DNA from: a virus | Reading direction: 5' to 3' (one strand) | DNA length: 64,000 bases | IMG/VR virus record: IMGVR_UViG_3300024520_000050 | Span: 32,001-96,000 of that record | Shown: in pieces, positions 46,952 through 57,568 of the stretch | Position numbering within the stretch: position 1 is the first letter of the stretch | Layout of the letters: each line of letters begins with the position of its first letter | The notes under the pieces: model-generated | Databases searched by the model: none | The model's input: the letters and a program-made list of their open reading frames with translations, nothing else | What the model was told of the DNA's origin: nothing | Made by a program: the position numbers and the translations under genes

Positions 46952-49900
46952 ATGAAAAGAACTAAAAGAAATAGATTAGGATTACCTACATTTCAGAATG
47001 CTGGAACTATTGGCGACGATAAAAAATTTATGAAGCAAGTTGTGGATGAATTTGGTCTAGTTAGCTCAATATGGAAAGATGATAGTGGTGCTTACTTTAG
47101 ACGTCAAGAAGGACTAACTGTTAATGGTCGATTCCAAAGTATGGAACATACACCAGAAACTGAATTCGAATCTCTTAATAAAAAAGGAGTTGAAATATTT
47201 AATTCAGATAAATATAGAGATTTAAACTTTATACCTGAAAATGGTGCTGATGTCAGTAAGGAAGTATTATGGGCAAAAGGTACATTGCCTTCAGCTAAAC
47301 CAAAGGCAGGATTAGATGCACCAAATAGAGGAAATCTCTTTACTAGTAGTGGTAGGATTTACAATGCTAAAGTTTTACCAGATGGTAGTGTTGAATTATC
47401 TACACCTCAAGGTATTGCTTTACGTACTTACGCTAATGTTCAAGAATTTGAATCAATTATGAAAGTTAAACTTGATGATATAACTAGTACTGAACAAGCC
47501 CCACAAACTAATCAAGGTGGACCTAAAGATTATATTGATAAGATTCTTGATTATGAATTAAAACAAGGTGGTCCTGGAGGAGCTCCATTATCTTTAGCTG
47601 CTGCATTCCCAGATGTTGAAGGAATAGGAAAAGGTGCACCTGCTGAAGATAGAGTATTAGCTAGAAAATATATTGAAACTCTTGATGAGAAGTATAGTGA
47701 ACTTGGTTTATGGCCTGGATTAAAAGAAAGAGCTGTTGATTTTGCTGTTAATAGTGAAGATCCTAGAGCTGCATTATTAGAAGCTGCTGGTAAGATCACA
47801 CCTGAAGAAAAACTTCAATTATATACTAATGGAAAATTAGATGGAAAGAAAGTCGATAAGATATGGGATCAAGGATTTTTAGGACTTGGTAAAATATTTG
47901 ATGATCCAACATTTATACAAAAATTTGATCAAGCAAGAGATAGAAGTTATCAGAATACTAATGGAGCAGATGCAAATTACGAAGCTACTTGGAAACCAAG
48001 AGTACACTTATTTGATGATGTTCAACCAGAAGTAGTTACTCAACCTACTGTTGATCAAACAGGACAAAGTCCATTAAGTCAACCTGGTCCAGAACAAGGA
48101 TTTTACATGGATCCTACAACAGGACAAGTAGTAACTCCTGTTGAACAACCTAATATATTAGGTCCAATTGGTATGAATCAAGATGTACAACCTATTCAAC
48201 AAAATGTTGCTAAACCAGCAAATTGGACTAGAGATCCTCAATTAGATAATCAAATAAATCAATTTAATTTAAATCCTGAAGAATTAGATGATGATGGTAC
48301 ATTTGAAGAAGTAACTGACGAAGAGAACCCAACAGTTGTAACACCTAATGATCTTCCTGTTGTACCACAAACTCAAGAAGTACCTACTAATATTGCAACA
48401 ATATATGGTAAGAATACATATTCTCAACCTTATAATCAATCAGTACAATCTAATCAAGTACAAAAAGGTCCCAACTTCTTACAACAAGTTGGTCAATTCT
48501 TAGACCCAAGTGGTCAATTTGGTAGAGGAAATAGAAACCAAGGACAAAGAGTCAATCAATCAACTAATCAACAGAATAGATTTAATCTGAATAATGCAAT
48601 TAATAACTTAACTCAAGATAATAATCCACATAAAGGGATTTATGAAGATGATAGAGAATTACTTCAACAAAGTAGAGGTGATATTAAAGATGCAACTCAA
48701 AAGAATATTGCAGAAATAAGAGAATCGAATGCACAGCGTAAAATTGATCATAATAATAGAATATTAAATAGAAAAGCAGATAGGAATGTATTCTTAAAAG
48801 CTAAGCAACAAGAGATGGGTAAAACTCGTAAATATAAAAGATTTGCTAAAGAAGTTAGAGATGCTGATAAATTAGCTGATAAAATTGAAAGATTGCAAAA
48901 ACGTCATGATAAAAAACGTAATAGAATCGGTGCTATTGATGGTCAACCTAAATTTATGAATGATGAGATTCTACGACAACAAGCTACTAATCAAGTAGGT
49001 GGATATCAAATAGGTGGTAAAATTGAAACAAAACCTGCTGTAAAAACTGTAGTACAACCTAAATTACCTACAGTCTATCAAAAACAATTTAATAAAGTAG
49101 TTAATAGATATGCAACACCTAAAGTTGTAGTAACACCAAAACCTGTTAATACAGGTCCTAGGATTAAAGAGAATATGGATAAAATTAATCGTCATGGTGG
49201 GTATTTACCTACATTTCAAAAAGGTGCTTTAATTAATTGGGGAACACCAAATGGATTAATGACTGTAGATAAACCACAAAGTTCAAATGTTACAGATGTT
49301 CCTACTAATATACCAACATATAATTGGGATCCTAATAATGGTGATATGGTAGCTCCTGATTACGGACAATATTCAGTACCTGGTCAAACTAATAATAAAA
49401 CTAATACTATAGATTCAACTTCTAATTATAATCCATTTAAGTTACAAAATTATGGAAATAGATTACAAGAGAATGCAAATAGAGCAGTAGATACATTTAA
49501 TGTAAGTCAGCAATTACAACAAGCTCGTCCTAATCCATTAATTGTACCTGAAGATAAATCTAAGCATCAATTAGCTCAGGTTGATTATACAGCAGCAAAT
49601 GAGCAGGAAAATGTAGGTCGTCGTGCGATTGCTCAGAATAGTCGTGGGACTGCAGGATATATGGGTAATTTACAACAATTAGCTGCTAATATGGTTAAAG
49701 CTAAATCTAAGATCGCTAGGGCAGCTGCCGAAAAACAAAAGCAATATGATTCTACTTATGCAGGTCAACAGCAACAATATGCAAATGTAGTTGCTCAAGC
49801 TAAGATAAGAAAAGAAATGGAAGATAAAGCTGATTATGCTGCTGTAAAACAAGCTTTGAGTGATACTGTTACTCAACATGCTAAAGGTGAAATAGAAAGA

Positions 49901-50197
49901 GGACAGTTGTATAATGCTGAATTATTAACTAATAACCAGAAGGAATACGTTAATCAATTAAGTAATGAATATAAAGCTGTCACAGATGAGAATGGCTTAG
50001 TAAGTATTGTATTCGTACGTAATGGTAAAGTAGATCCTCAAAAGACTGCTCAAGCACAAGCATTAGGTAAGAATGGTACTAGTACGACTAGCACAACTAC
50101 TAAAACAGGTACTTTCCAATCAGGTGGAACTACAATTATGTATAAAGATGGTGGCTTAAAGAAAGGATTAAAAAAACGTAGAAATAGATTATTCTAA
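46952..50197 (+). CDS. Cargo/ejection protein with GH108-like lysozyme domain
   Basis: ILDYE..GG, AVDFAVNS and ATWKPRV resemble glycosyl hydrolase 108. Coiled-coil C-terminus. Confidence 0.55.
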   Translation: MKRTKRNRLGLPTFQNAGTIGDDKKFMKQVVDEFGLVSSIWKDDSGAYFRRQEGLTVNGRFQSMEHTPETEFESLNKKGVEIFNSDKYRDLNFIPENGADVSKEVLWAKGTLPSAKPKAGLDAPNRGNLFTSSGRIYNAKVLPDGSVELSTPQGIALRTYANVQEFESIMKVKLDDITSTEQAPQTNQGGPKDYIDKILDYELKQGGPGGAPLSLAAAFPDVEGIGKGAPAEDRVLARKYIETLDEKYSELGLWPGLKERAVDFAVNSEDPRAALLEAAGKITPEEKLQLYTNGKLDGKKVDKIWDQGFLGLGKIFDDPTFIQKFDQARDRSYQNTNGADANYEATWKPRVHLFDDVQPEVVTQPTVDQTGQSPLSQPGPEQGFYMDPTTGQVVTPVEQPNILGPIGMNQDVQPIQQNVAKPANWTRDPQLDNQINQFNLNPEELDDDGTFEEVTDEENPTVVTPNDLPVVPQTQEVPTNIATIYGKNTYSQPYNQSVQSNQVQKGPNFLQQVGQFLDPSGQFGRGNRNQGQRVNQSTNQQNRFNLNNAINNLTQDNNPHKGIYEDDRELLQQSRGDIKDATQKNIAEIRESNAQRKIDHNNRILNRKADRNVFLKAKQQEMGKTRKYKRFAKEVRDADKLADKIERLQKRHDKKRNRIGAIDGQPKFMNDEILRQQATNQVGGYQIGGKIETKPAVKTVVQPKLPTVYQKQFNKVVNRYATPKVVVTPKPVNTGPRIKENMDKINRHGGYLPTFQKGALINWGTPNGLMTVDKPQSSNVTDVPTNIPTYNWDPNNGDMVAPDYGQYSVPGQTNNKTNTIDSTSNYNPFKLQNYGNRLQENANRAVDTFNVSQQLQQARPNPLIVPEDKSKHQLAQVDYTAANEQENVGRRAIAQNSRGTAGYMGNLQQLAANMVKAKSKIARAAAEKQKQYDSTYAGQQQQYANVVAQAKIRKEMEDKADYAAVKQALSDTVTQHAKGEIERGQLYNAELLTNNQKEYVNQLSNEYKAVTDENGLVSIVFVRNGKVDPQKTAQAQALGKNGTSTTSTTTKTGTFQSGGTTIMYKDGGLKKGLKKRRNRLF

Positions 50198-50209
50198 TAA
50201 CTAACTAAA

Positions 50210-53200
50210 ATGAAGTGTAAGATAATATATAAGAGAGATCCAAATACTCTTAAAATTACAGATGAAATACAAGCAGTGAAGGCTCCCAATGGTAAGAGGA
50301 GCCTTCTATATGATGCTATACGTAATCAAATAAATAATGATACTAAAGCATTAACTCAATACTTTAAGGTTTATACTGATGAGTTTAAAGAGGATTTTGG
50401 TGATTGGGAGATGACTACAATAGATAGAGATGAATCAATAAATGATATTAAAAATTCTTATAAATTAGTAATTGAAAATAATGATAAAATTGAAGATTTA
50501 AATATTGATATTGAAGATGCTATTCAATTTGATAAGAATAATATTAATAGTGTCACACAAAAAAGTAAAGATATTATTGAACAGGTTAATAAAATTAGAT
50601 GGCAGGTTAGAAGAGTTAGTGATGGACTTTTGCGTGAAGAGTGGGAACAATGGTCCCAATCTGCATACGACGAAGTTAAATCTGAACTGAGTACTGATTT
50701 TTTAAGCACCATTGACGAAGGTCCCATGAAAGGGAGTATTAGTCCGGGAAGTGCGAGCAATCTTTTAATATTTAGATATTTATATCCTAAAAATAAAGGC
50801 ATCACTACAGATCAAGAACTTTTTGTAGGTGCGTTTATACAGCAAATATTAGATTGGAATGTAGATGGAAATTCGTCCTTATTGAATAAACTTAATAAAG
50901 AGAATGAAGCACTAACTGATAGTTTGAATGATAACCTAAAAAGCATTATCATTAATCCAGAAGAATTAAATAATATTTCATCACTTATTACAAGTTCTGA
51001 TGAAAGTAATCAATCTCTTGGATTAGAGATTCTTAATAACTATGTAAATGACAAACTAGATCAAAACGGTGAACCTAAATATGATGAAGTAAAGGATTTA
51101 TTTATTGATGAAGAAGTTGATGAAGGAATTACTGTGAAGGAAGGTGTTGATGATGTATTTAAAGATAATAAAGAGTTATCTAAAATAGGTACACAAGAAG
51201 AATATAGTCAATATTTGGATAGTATATTTCCTGATAGTAAGGTTAAAGATATTGTTTATCATGGAACTGATAAGGAATTTGATAAATTTGAATTACAGAT
51301 TATACCAAAAACAGCGTGGACTAAAGAACTACCCGGATTTCATTTTACAAACAATAAAGCTGTCGCCAAAAGTTATTTTAACACAAAAGAAAGAGTTAGT
51401 AATTTAATACCATTGTATTTACATTTAAATAAATTTGCTGCCGATGGTAAACTTTTAACAGAACAAGAGTTTGATGATATTAAAGCAGATAATGATTTAC
51501 ATACTGAAATAATGCAACAAGTTCATTATTATGGTGGGATGGGAATTGATAATGTTAAAACTTATAATGAGTATAAAAGACTCTTTACAGAATTCTCTAA
51601 AGATGAAGGTTTTGATGGAATGACGAGCATAAGTGATATATTTGATCTTCAACAAGATGAGTATGAAGCTGAAAGAGAAGCTGAACATTTTGGTCGTCCT
51701 TTTACAAGTACCTTTAAAAATCCTCTTGATAAATATAAGAAGTCTGAACCTAAAGTATTAAAGTCAGTTATATTAAATATAGAAAATCCTTTACTTGTAA
51801 ATGATATATCAGGTCAAAGATATGTTCAAAATGTGGAAAATATAAAAAGTAAAATTGAATCTACTAATGATGGTATTATTGCAAAAGATGTACTCGACGC
51901 ATTAGAGGATAAAGAGGGTACTTATCATGGTGATACAATAGTTGCATTTGATAATGAGCAAATTCACATATTAGGTTCTAAAAAAGACATCCAAGGATTC
52001 AAAGATTATAAATCTAATATTGATCAAGATATTAGTCCAAAAATTATTTCTCCTTCTGATAAGATCATTTATGGTCATCCAGGTATAGGTAAAACTACAG
52101 CATTGAAAGCTAATAAAGATCAATTTATTGATTGGGATGTTGAGTTTAATAAGAAGAGAGATAAATGGATTGAGAATAAAAGTAAATCTAAAAAAGGTAC
52201 TCCTAGTTATAAAAAAGCAAGAACTAAATATCTTGTTAATTATAAAGACAATCCTGATTATATGACTTTTGTAACTAAAGAATGGGGTAGAGCAAAAGCA
52301 AAAGCTAAGAAAGAAGGTAAGCAATTATTTGCTTCACCTCATATATTACTTGATTTATTTCCTAATGACTTTGATAAAGTTATTAATATGAATGATGAGC
52401 TATTTATAAAAAGAGATATAGATAGAGGTGGAATTGAGCAAAGTGCACGATTATGGAAAGAAGGTATTAATAAAACATTATCAAAAATATCTCCATCTAA
52501 GATTGTAACTACAGATAAATATTTATCTGAGATATTAGCATCCGATGAGGTATCTAAAGTAGAAGATACTGATCAATATTCACTAACTTCATCATCTATA
52601 AAACACCAAGGTCAACCTACAACAGTATCTAAAACTGATACAGTTAAAATTGATACTGATCCATTTAAATCTCAATTAAATGATGATGGTTATACGCAAG
52701 AACAAATTAAGATATTAGATACTTATAACGCAGCTACATCATCACTTACTGGTAATACAATTAAAGTTAAAGTGTCTGAATTACCTGCTAACTTACGTAA
52801 AATATTTGAATTAAAAGGTGAAGAATATGCTGAAGTATATGAAACTATTGATCACGAAACAGGTAAGAAAGGATATATAAATTATCGTGTATCTAATTTA
52901 CAAGATTTAAAGAAAGTAAAAGGACAAACTCAAAAGGTAGCTACAGCACAAGAACAAAACCCTAAATCTGTAATATCTAGACAACGTGGTACAGAAATGC
53001 ATAGTATACAAGAGAAGTTCTTAAGTCATTTTGCATTATCTGATAATGATACTTTTAATATAGATACTCTTAGAAAATCTGATGCTAATATATGGGCTCC
53101 TGAAGCACTAGCTGAATTTAAAAAAACAGCTGAATATAGAAAGATATGGGAAGAATCAATAGATATATTCTTAACTAAGTCGAAATCAAATAGAGAAGGA

Positions 53201-56200
53201 AAAACCTGGTCTACACATAATGCATCATTACAAGTTGATAAATTAGCTATGTCTATGTTACATTTGTATCATCAAATACAAATGACTCAACAAGCTATTA
53301 ATCTTGAGACAGGTAAGAATAATAAACCTATATTTATATTAGAGAAACCATTCCTAGATTTAGGTAATGATGTTGCAGGAACAATGGATATTTTTGTAAT
53401 ATTCAGTGATGGTAGTGCATCTATTTATGATCATAAATTTACTGATTTACAAGCAGAAAGAAAATACTTCAAGAATCCATCTACAGAGAAGAAAGCTGAA
53501 ATAGATCGTATTAGAAAAGCACAAGGGCTTCCAGTTAATCCAGAAACTAATTGGTACTTTCAATTACCTAATAATCTTAAATTATTTAAGAAAGAAGAAT
53601 CATGGAATGCTCAGATAGGACGTTATGCTCAAATGGCAAAACAATTGTACGGAGTTACACATATTAGACAAGCACGGATTTTACCTGTAGCTACAACTTA
53701 TACAAGAGTGGATAGTAAACGTGAGGATAAGAATGGTGATACTATTATGCATGTTGGTCCTGGATCACAAGTAGAAGTATTATTAACTGGTATTAATGAT
53801 GATTTAGGAGTAAGTCAAATAGCATTGAATATAGAACGTACAGGCGATGTAAATCTTGATAGATTTATTGATATGCTTATTAAGAATAAAGAAACTCTTA
53901 AAAGAGAGATGAAAAGTAAGAATGCATATGGAGATCCTAAATATGTTAATCGTATTAAAGGATTAGATGAATCTATTCAGGCATTATTGAAGAGTAGAGA
54001 TATTACACATATATCTGAAGCAATTGATGCATTGGCTAAACAAATTGAAAATGATTTAGATCCAAATGCAGAAGATCCTATTACATTTGAACAAATCATA
54101 CTTCATCTAGGTGACATTAATATGTTTAATACATTTATTGAATTGTCAGGTAATGAGATTGATAAACTTGAAGATAAAGCTAATAAGGAAGCTGAGGAAG
54201 CTAAAGAAAGAGGAGAAGAACCTAAAGAAAATCCTTATGTTACATTTAAAAATAGATTATCTGCTGCTAATTTTGCTTTGACTAATCAAGCTAGAAGGAT
54301 GCATGATAAGATGACACTTATGGTAGAAGAGATAAATGAAAAAGGTGGTTATATGAATGAAGGATTATTTAAATCATTTACCAAGCAGAAGGATATGAGT
54401 GGCGTGGGTGTACAATTTACTCATTTACGTGAGTCTAATCATCCCATTATATCTTTATTTAGTCAATTACTTGATAACATTGAAACTAATGTTATGTTAG
54501 AACGTAGTAAATTAGAACAAAAGTTAAAGAAAATAAATAAAGAATTAACTGAATGGGGTAGTTCAAAGGGATTAACTGGACCTGCTATATATAATGATAT
54601 AATTGATGATGAGTTTGGTAATTTAATTCGTAAGTTTACTAATTTTAAAAAAGATTTATTTGAAGATTATTCTGATCCTAAAAATCATAAGAAGAACATT
54701 GTATGGTTCAAAGAAAACTTTGAGCGTTCTGCTTCGGCTGAGAAGATATTCCAGAACAAATACAAACAAATACAAGAATATTGGAAAAGAGAAACCAAGG
54801 GTGATAAAAACGAATATAAGAAAGAAATACAAAACTGGTTGAATCAAAATGATATCACTCATGCACAAGGTGATAATAAAGCCTGGTATAATCCATTTGT
54901 GCAGCACTGGTTGACTCCAAAGAAACCAGACGACTATTATACTGATGAGTATAAGAACTTGCTTAAAGCGGAGAATAAACCGCTATTAGATTTCTATAAT
55001 ATTTACATTGAGCAAATGAATATGTTAGCTCAAAAAGCTGATTTTAGGATATATGAAAATGCTATTCCTAATATTAGAAAGGATATGATCGACACAATGG
55101 TTCAAGATGGAATGTTTTTAGGTGGCAAACAACAAATTGAAAATATAAGAAATTGGTGGTCTAAGACTGATACTGATGATGGGATGCAAACTATACTTAC
55201 TGAAGATGGATTAGAACGTAGTGTTCCTATTTTCTATCAAAATAATGTAGGTAAAGATAACAAGTCATTTGACTTAGCTAAATCATTAATGTTGTTCTCT
55301 GACTTTGTACATAAGTATGATGGTATTAAAAATATTGAACATGCATCATTAGCGATGAGAGAATTAGTTAGTAAAACAGCAGGTATTAAATCAACTATAA
55401 CAGGGGCTATATTGCGTAGTGAATCTGGAGAGATGTTAGTTAAAGATGGTGCTAGTGCAAGTAATGATAAAACACTTAGTGCATTTGACACGTGGATTGA
55501 TTACTATATTTATGGTGAGAGGAAAAAAGGAAATGTTAAATTGAATAAAGCTGTTGATGCTGTAACTGCAATATCTAGTAGAAAAGGAGTTGCACTTAAT
55601 CTTATTAGTGCAATGGGAGGACATGTAAATGCTGAAGCACAACTTCAAATGATAGCTAAAAAGACTACTTATTTTACAACTGACACTCTTAGTAAAGCTA
55701 GACGTCAAGTTAAATTAGGTATTCCTGCTTTACGTAAATCAAAAGAAGCTAACGAAATGTTACATAGTAAAGTTGTTTTTGCTAATTTATTCTTTGAACC
55801 ATCTCAAGAAGATATGAGTCATGAGAAAGCAAATAGCATGAGCTTATCTAAATTACGTAATAATTCATTAATGGGTAAAAAAGATTATGCTTACATGCTA
55901 CAACGTTATTCTGATGATATTATAGATAATACAACCATGACAGCTATGATGATGGATTATGGGATTGATCCTATTACAGGTAAGACATATCCTTTATCTA
56001 GATTGAAAAAGGTGTATGGAGAAAATGAAAGTGAATTTAAACCTGGAGTAAGATATAAAGATATTGAATTTAAATCATTATGGGATATGACTATGATGAA
56101 AGATGGAGATGTAGATCTTGGTACTGGTAAAACGGTAAGTATTAAACTTGCTGAAGATGGTACTCCGCAAATGATAAATCAATTTACAGAAAAAGCTATT

Positions 56201-57181
56201 GATAGTAAAACATTCACTGATTTTAGACGTAAGACTAAACAAATGATAGCTCGTACTAAAGGTAATATGTCAGCGGATGATATTGCTGGTTATAAAACTC
56301 ATTGGATTGGCAGGTTAGTAATGCAATTCCGTGGTTGGATTCCTGCTACATTGACGGAACGATTTAAAGGATTACAATATAATTTAACTATGGAACAAAT
56401 GGAAGTAGGTAGATTTGTTGCTGTTAGGAATATGGTTGGTAAAAACCTCAAACGTGTAACAGGACAATTTGTAAAAGAATTACTTCCTTTCATGAGAGGT
56501 AATTTTGGGGATGGAAAAGTGATGAGTGATGTCTTAGATGAACAATCTCCATTGGAGTTAAAATACAAGCAATTTATAGCCGATAATCCACACCTTAAGC
56601 CTGATCCTGAAAACCCTACATTAGATCAAGTAACATATGAGGATTTCTTTAATAGTCATGTTGGTGAAATGAGAGCATTAGCTAAAGAAGTGCAGATATA
56701 CTTAGCATTAGCTGTAGCATTAGGTTTACTAACTCTTGCATCAGGAGATGATGAATTGAAAGCTAATCCGTTACTCCGAGGTCCATCTGCTTTATTAGAA
56801 AGAGCAATGTTAGAGATTGGATTTTTTATTCCTGTTGCTGGGATACCTGAACAGATGACATTATTTACAAGAGCTCCTGCAGCATCAATAAGTTTATTCC
56901 AAGCTGCAGGTTATACTGCAAAGAATACATTCACTGAAGCATATGATTTATTTACTGGTGCTGGTTCTGGAAAAACATCAGTACCTACATTAGGAGATAA
57001 ACCTTGGACGTTAGATTATTCTAAACGTAATGATACATCTGCTCCATTTAAACATACAATTGGGTGGATACCACCACTTAAATTTATAGATAATATTATT
57101 GGATTTACTAATACTACTAAACGTGAAGACACTTGGTATGAGTATTTCCAGAATAGAAACAATGCTGATATTATGAGGTAA
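50210..57181 (+). CDS. Large polyvalent cargo protein (ART-like, P-loop, PD-(D/E)XK, helical C-terminus)
   Basis: APNGKRS...FGDWE; VYHGT...GFHFT...AKSY; GHPGIGKT; RGTEMH...AGTMD...IYDHKF...QIGRY; LVMQFRGWIP. Confidence 0.75.
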   Translation: MKCKIIYKRDPNTLKITDEIQAVKAPNGKRSLLYDAIRNQINNDTKALTQYFKVYTDEFKEDFGDWEMTTIDRDESINDIKNSYKLVIENNDKIEDLNIDIEDAIQFDKNNINSVTQKSKDIIEQVNKIRWQVRRVSDGLLREEWEQWSQSAYDEVKSELSTDFLSTIDEGPMKGSISPGSASNLLIFRYLYPKNKGITTDQELFVGAFIQQILDWNVDGNSSLLNKLNKENEALTDSLNDNLKSIIINPEELNNISSLITSSDESNQSLGLEILNNYVNDKLDQNGEPKYDEVKDLFIDEEVDEGITVKEGVDDVFKDNKELSKIGTQEEYSQYLDSIFPDSKVKDIVYHGTDKEFDKFELQIIPKTAWTKELPGFHFTNNKAVAKSYFNTKERVSNLIPLYLHLNKFAADGKLLTEQEFDDIKADNDLHTEIMQQVHYYGGMGIDNVKTYNEYKRLFTEFSKDEGFDGMTSISDIFDLQQDEYEAEREAEHFGRPFTSTFKNPLDKYKKSEPKVLKSVILNIENPLLVNDISGQRYVQNVENIKSKIESTNDGIIAKDVLDALEDKEGTYHGDTIVAFDNEQIHILGSKKDIQGFKDYKSNIDQDISPKIISPSDKIIYGHPGIGKTTALKANKDQFIDWDVEFNKKRDKWIENKSKSKKGTPSYKKARTKYLVNYKDNPDYMTFVTKEWGRAKAKAKKEGKQLFASPHILLDLFPNDFDKVINMNDELFIKRDIDRGGIEQSARLWKEGINKTLSKISPSKIVTTDKYLSEILASDEVSKVEDTDQYSLTSSSIKHQGQPTTVSKTDTVKIDTDPFKSQLNDDGYTQEQIKILDTYNAATSSLTGNTIKVKVSELPANLRKIFELKGEEYAEVYETIDHETGKKGYINYRVSNLQDLKKVKGQTQKVATAQEQNPKSVISRQRGTEMHSIQEKFLSHFALSDNDTFNIDTLRKSDANIWAPEALAEFKKTAEYRKIWEESIDIFLTKSKSNREGKTWSTHNASLQVDKLAMSMLHLYHQIQMTQQAINLETGKNNKPIFILEKPFLDLGNDVAGTMDIFVIFSDGSASIYDHKFTDLQAERKYFKNPSTEKKAEIDRIRKAQGLPVNPETNWYFQLPNNLKLFKKEESWNAQIGRYAQMAKQLYGVTHIRQARILPVATTYTRVDSKREDKNGDTIMHVGPGSQVEVLLTGINDDLGVSQIALNIERTGDVNLDRFIDMLIKNKETLKREMKSKNAYGDPKYVNRIKGLDESIQALLKSRDITHISEAIDALAKQIENDLDPNAEDPITFEQIILHLGDINMFNTFIELSGNEIDKLEDKANKEAEEAKERGEEPKENPYVTFKNRLSAANFALTNQARRMHDKMTLMVEEINEKGGYMNEGLFKSFTKQKDMSGVGVQFTHLRESNHPIISLFSQLLDNIETNVMLERSKLEQKLKKINKELTEWGSSKGLTGPAIYNDIIDDEFGNLIRKFTNFKKDLFEDYSDPKNHKKNIVWFKENFERSASAEKIFQNKYKQIQEYWKRETKGDKNEYKKEIQNWLNQNDITHAQGDNKAWYNPFVQHWLTPKKPDDYYTDEYKNLLKAENKPLLDFYNIYIEQMNMLAQKADFRIYENAIPNIRKDMIDTMVQDGMFLGGKQQIENIRNWWSKTDTDDGMQTILTEDGLERSVPIFYQNNVGKDNKSFDLAKSLMLFSDFVHKYDGIKNIEHASLAMRELVSKTAGIKSTITGAILRSESGEMLVKDGASASNDKTLSAFDTWIDYYIYGERKKGNVKLNKAVDAVTAISSRKGVALNLISAMGGHVNAEAQLQMIAKKTTYFTTDTLSKARRQVKLGIPALRKSKEANEMLHSKVVFANLFFEPSQEDMSHEKANSMSLSKLRNNSLMGKKDYAYMLQRYSDDIIDNTTMTAMMMDYGIDPITGKTYPLSRLKKVYGENESEFKPGVRYKDIEFKSLWDMTMMKDGDVDLGTGKTVSIKLAEDGTPQMINQFTEKAIDSKTFTDFRRKTKQMIARTKGNMSADDIAGYKTHWIGRLVMQFRGWIPATLTERFKGLQYNLTMEQMEVGRFVAVRNMVGKNLKRVTGQFVKELLPFMRGNFGDGKVMSDVLDEQSPLELKYKQFIADNPHLKPDPENPTLDQVTYEDFFNSHVGEMRALAKEVQIYLALAVALGLLTLASGDDELKANPLLRGPSALLERAMLEIGFFIPVAGIPEQMTLFTRAPAASISLFQAAGYTAKNTFTEAYDLFTGAGSGKTSVPTLGDKPWTLDYSKRNDTSAPFKHTIGWIPPLKFIDNIIGFTNTTKREDTWYEYFQNRNNADIMR

Positions 57182-57199
57182 TACCTGCGAAGGTCTAAA

Positions 57200-57235
57200 A
57201 AAAAGGAGTAGAACAATTAAGTTTTACTCCTTTTT
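57200..57235. terminator. Bidirectional terminator at the convergent junction
   Basis: AAAAAGGAGTAGAAC-AATTAA-GTTTTACTCCTTTTT. Confidence 0.85.
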
Positions 57236-57238
57236 ATA

Positions 57239-57568
57239 TTAAAGTGCTTCGTAAGCTTTAATCATCGAATCAAATATTCGATATTGGCTTCCGTTTATCT
57301 CTTTAATTATATAAGATGTTTTGTGACAATTGTAACCATCTTCCCCATACCATTCTTCCTCACCTGTCAGTTCTTCTAACCATTCTCTAGATTCCATAGT
57401 TTCGGTTTCTTCATTCCAATTATCCCAAAACTTTTCAAATAATTCAACACCTTTTTTCTCATCATTCCATTTAGCATCATTACTAACGTATTTTATAACT
57501 CCTCCATAATCTTGTGAACCATGAGGATCATAATAATATGTATATTCTGTTATCAAATAGTACTTCAT
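57239..57568 (-). CDS. Small acidic hypothetical protein
   Basis: About 22% D/E by hand count. ATGA-type overlap with the upstream gene. Confidence 0.75.
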   Translation of the reverse strand: MKYYLITEYTYYYDPHGSQDYGGVIKYVSNDAKWNDEKKGVELFEKFWDNWNEETETMESREWLEELTGEEEWYGEDGYNCHKTSYIIKEINGSQYRIFDSMIKAYEAL

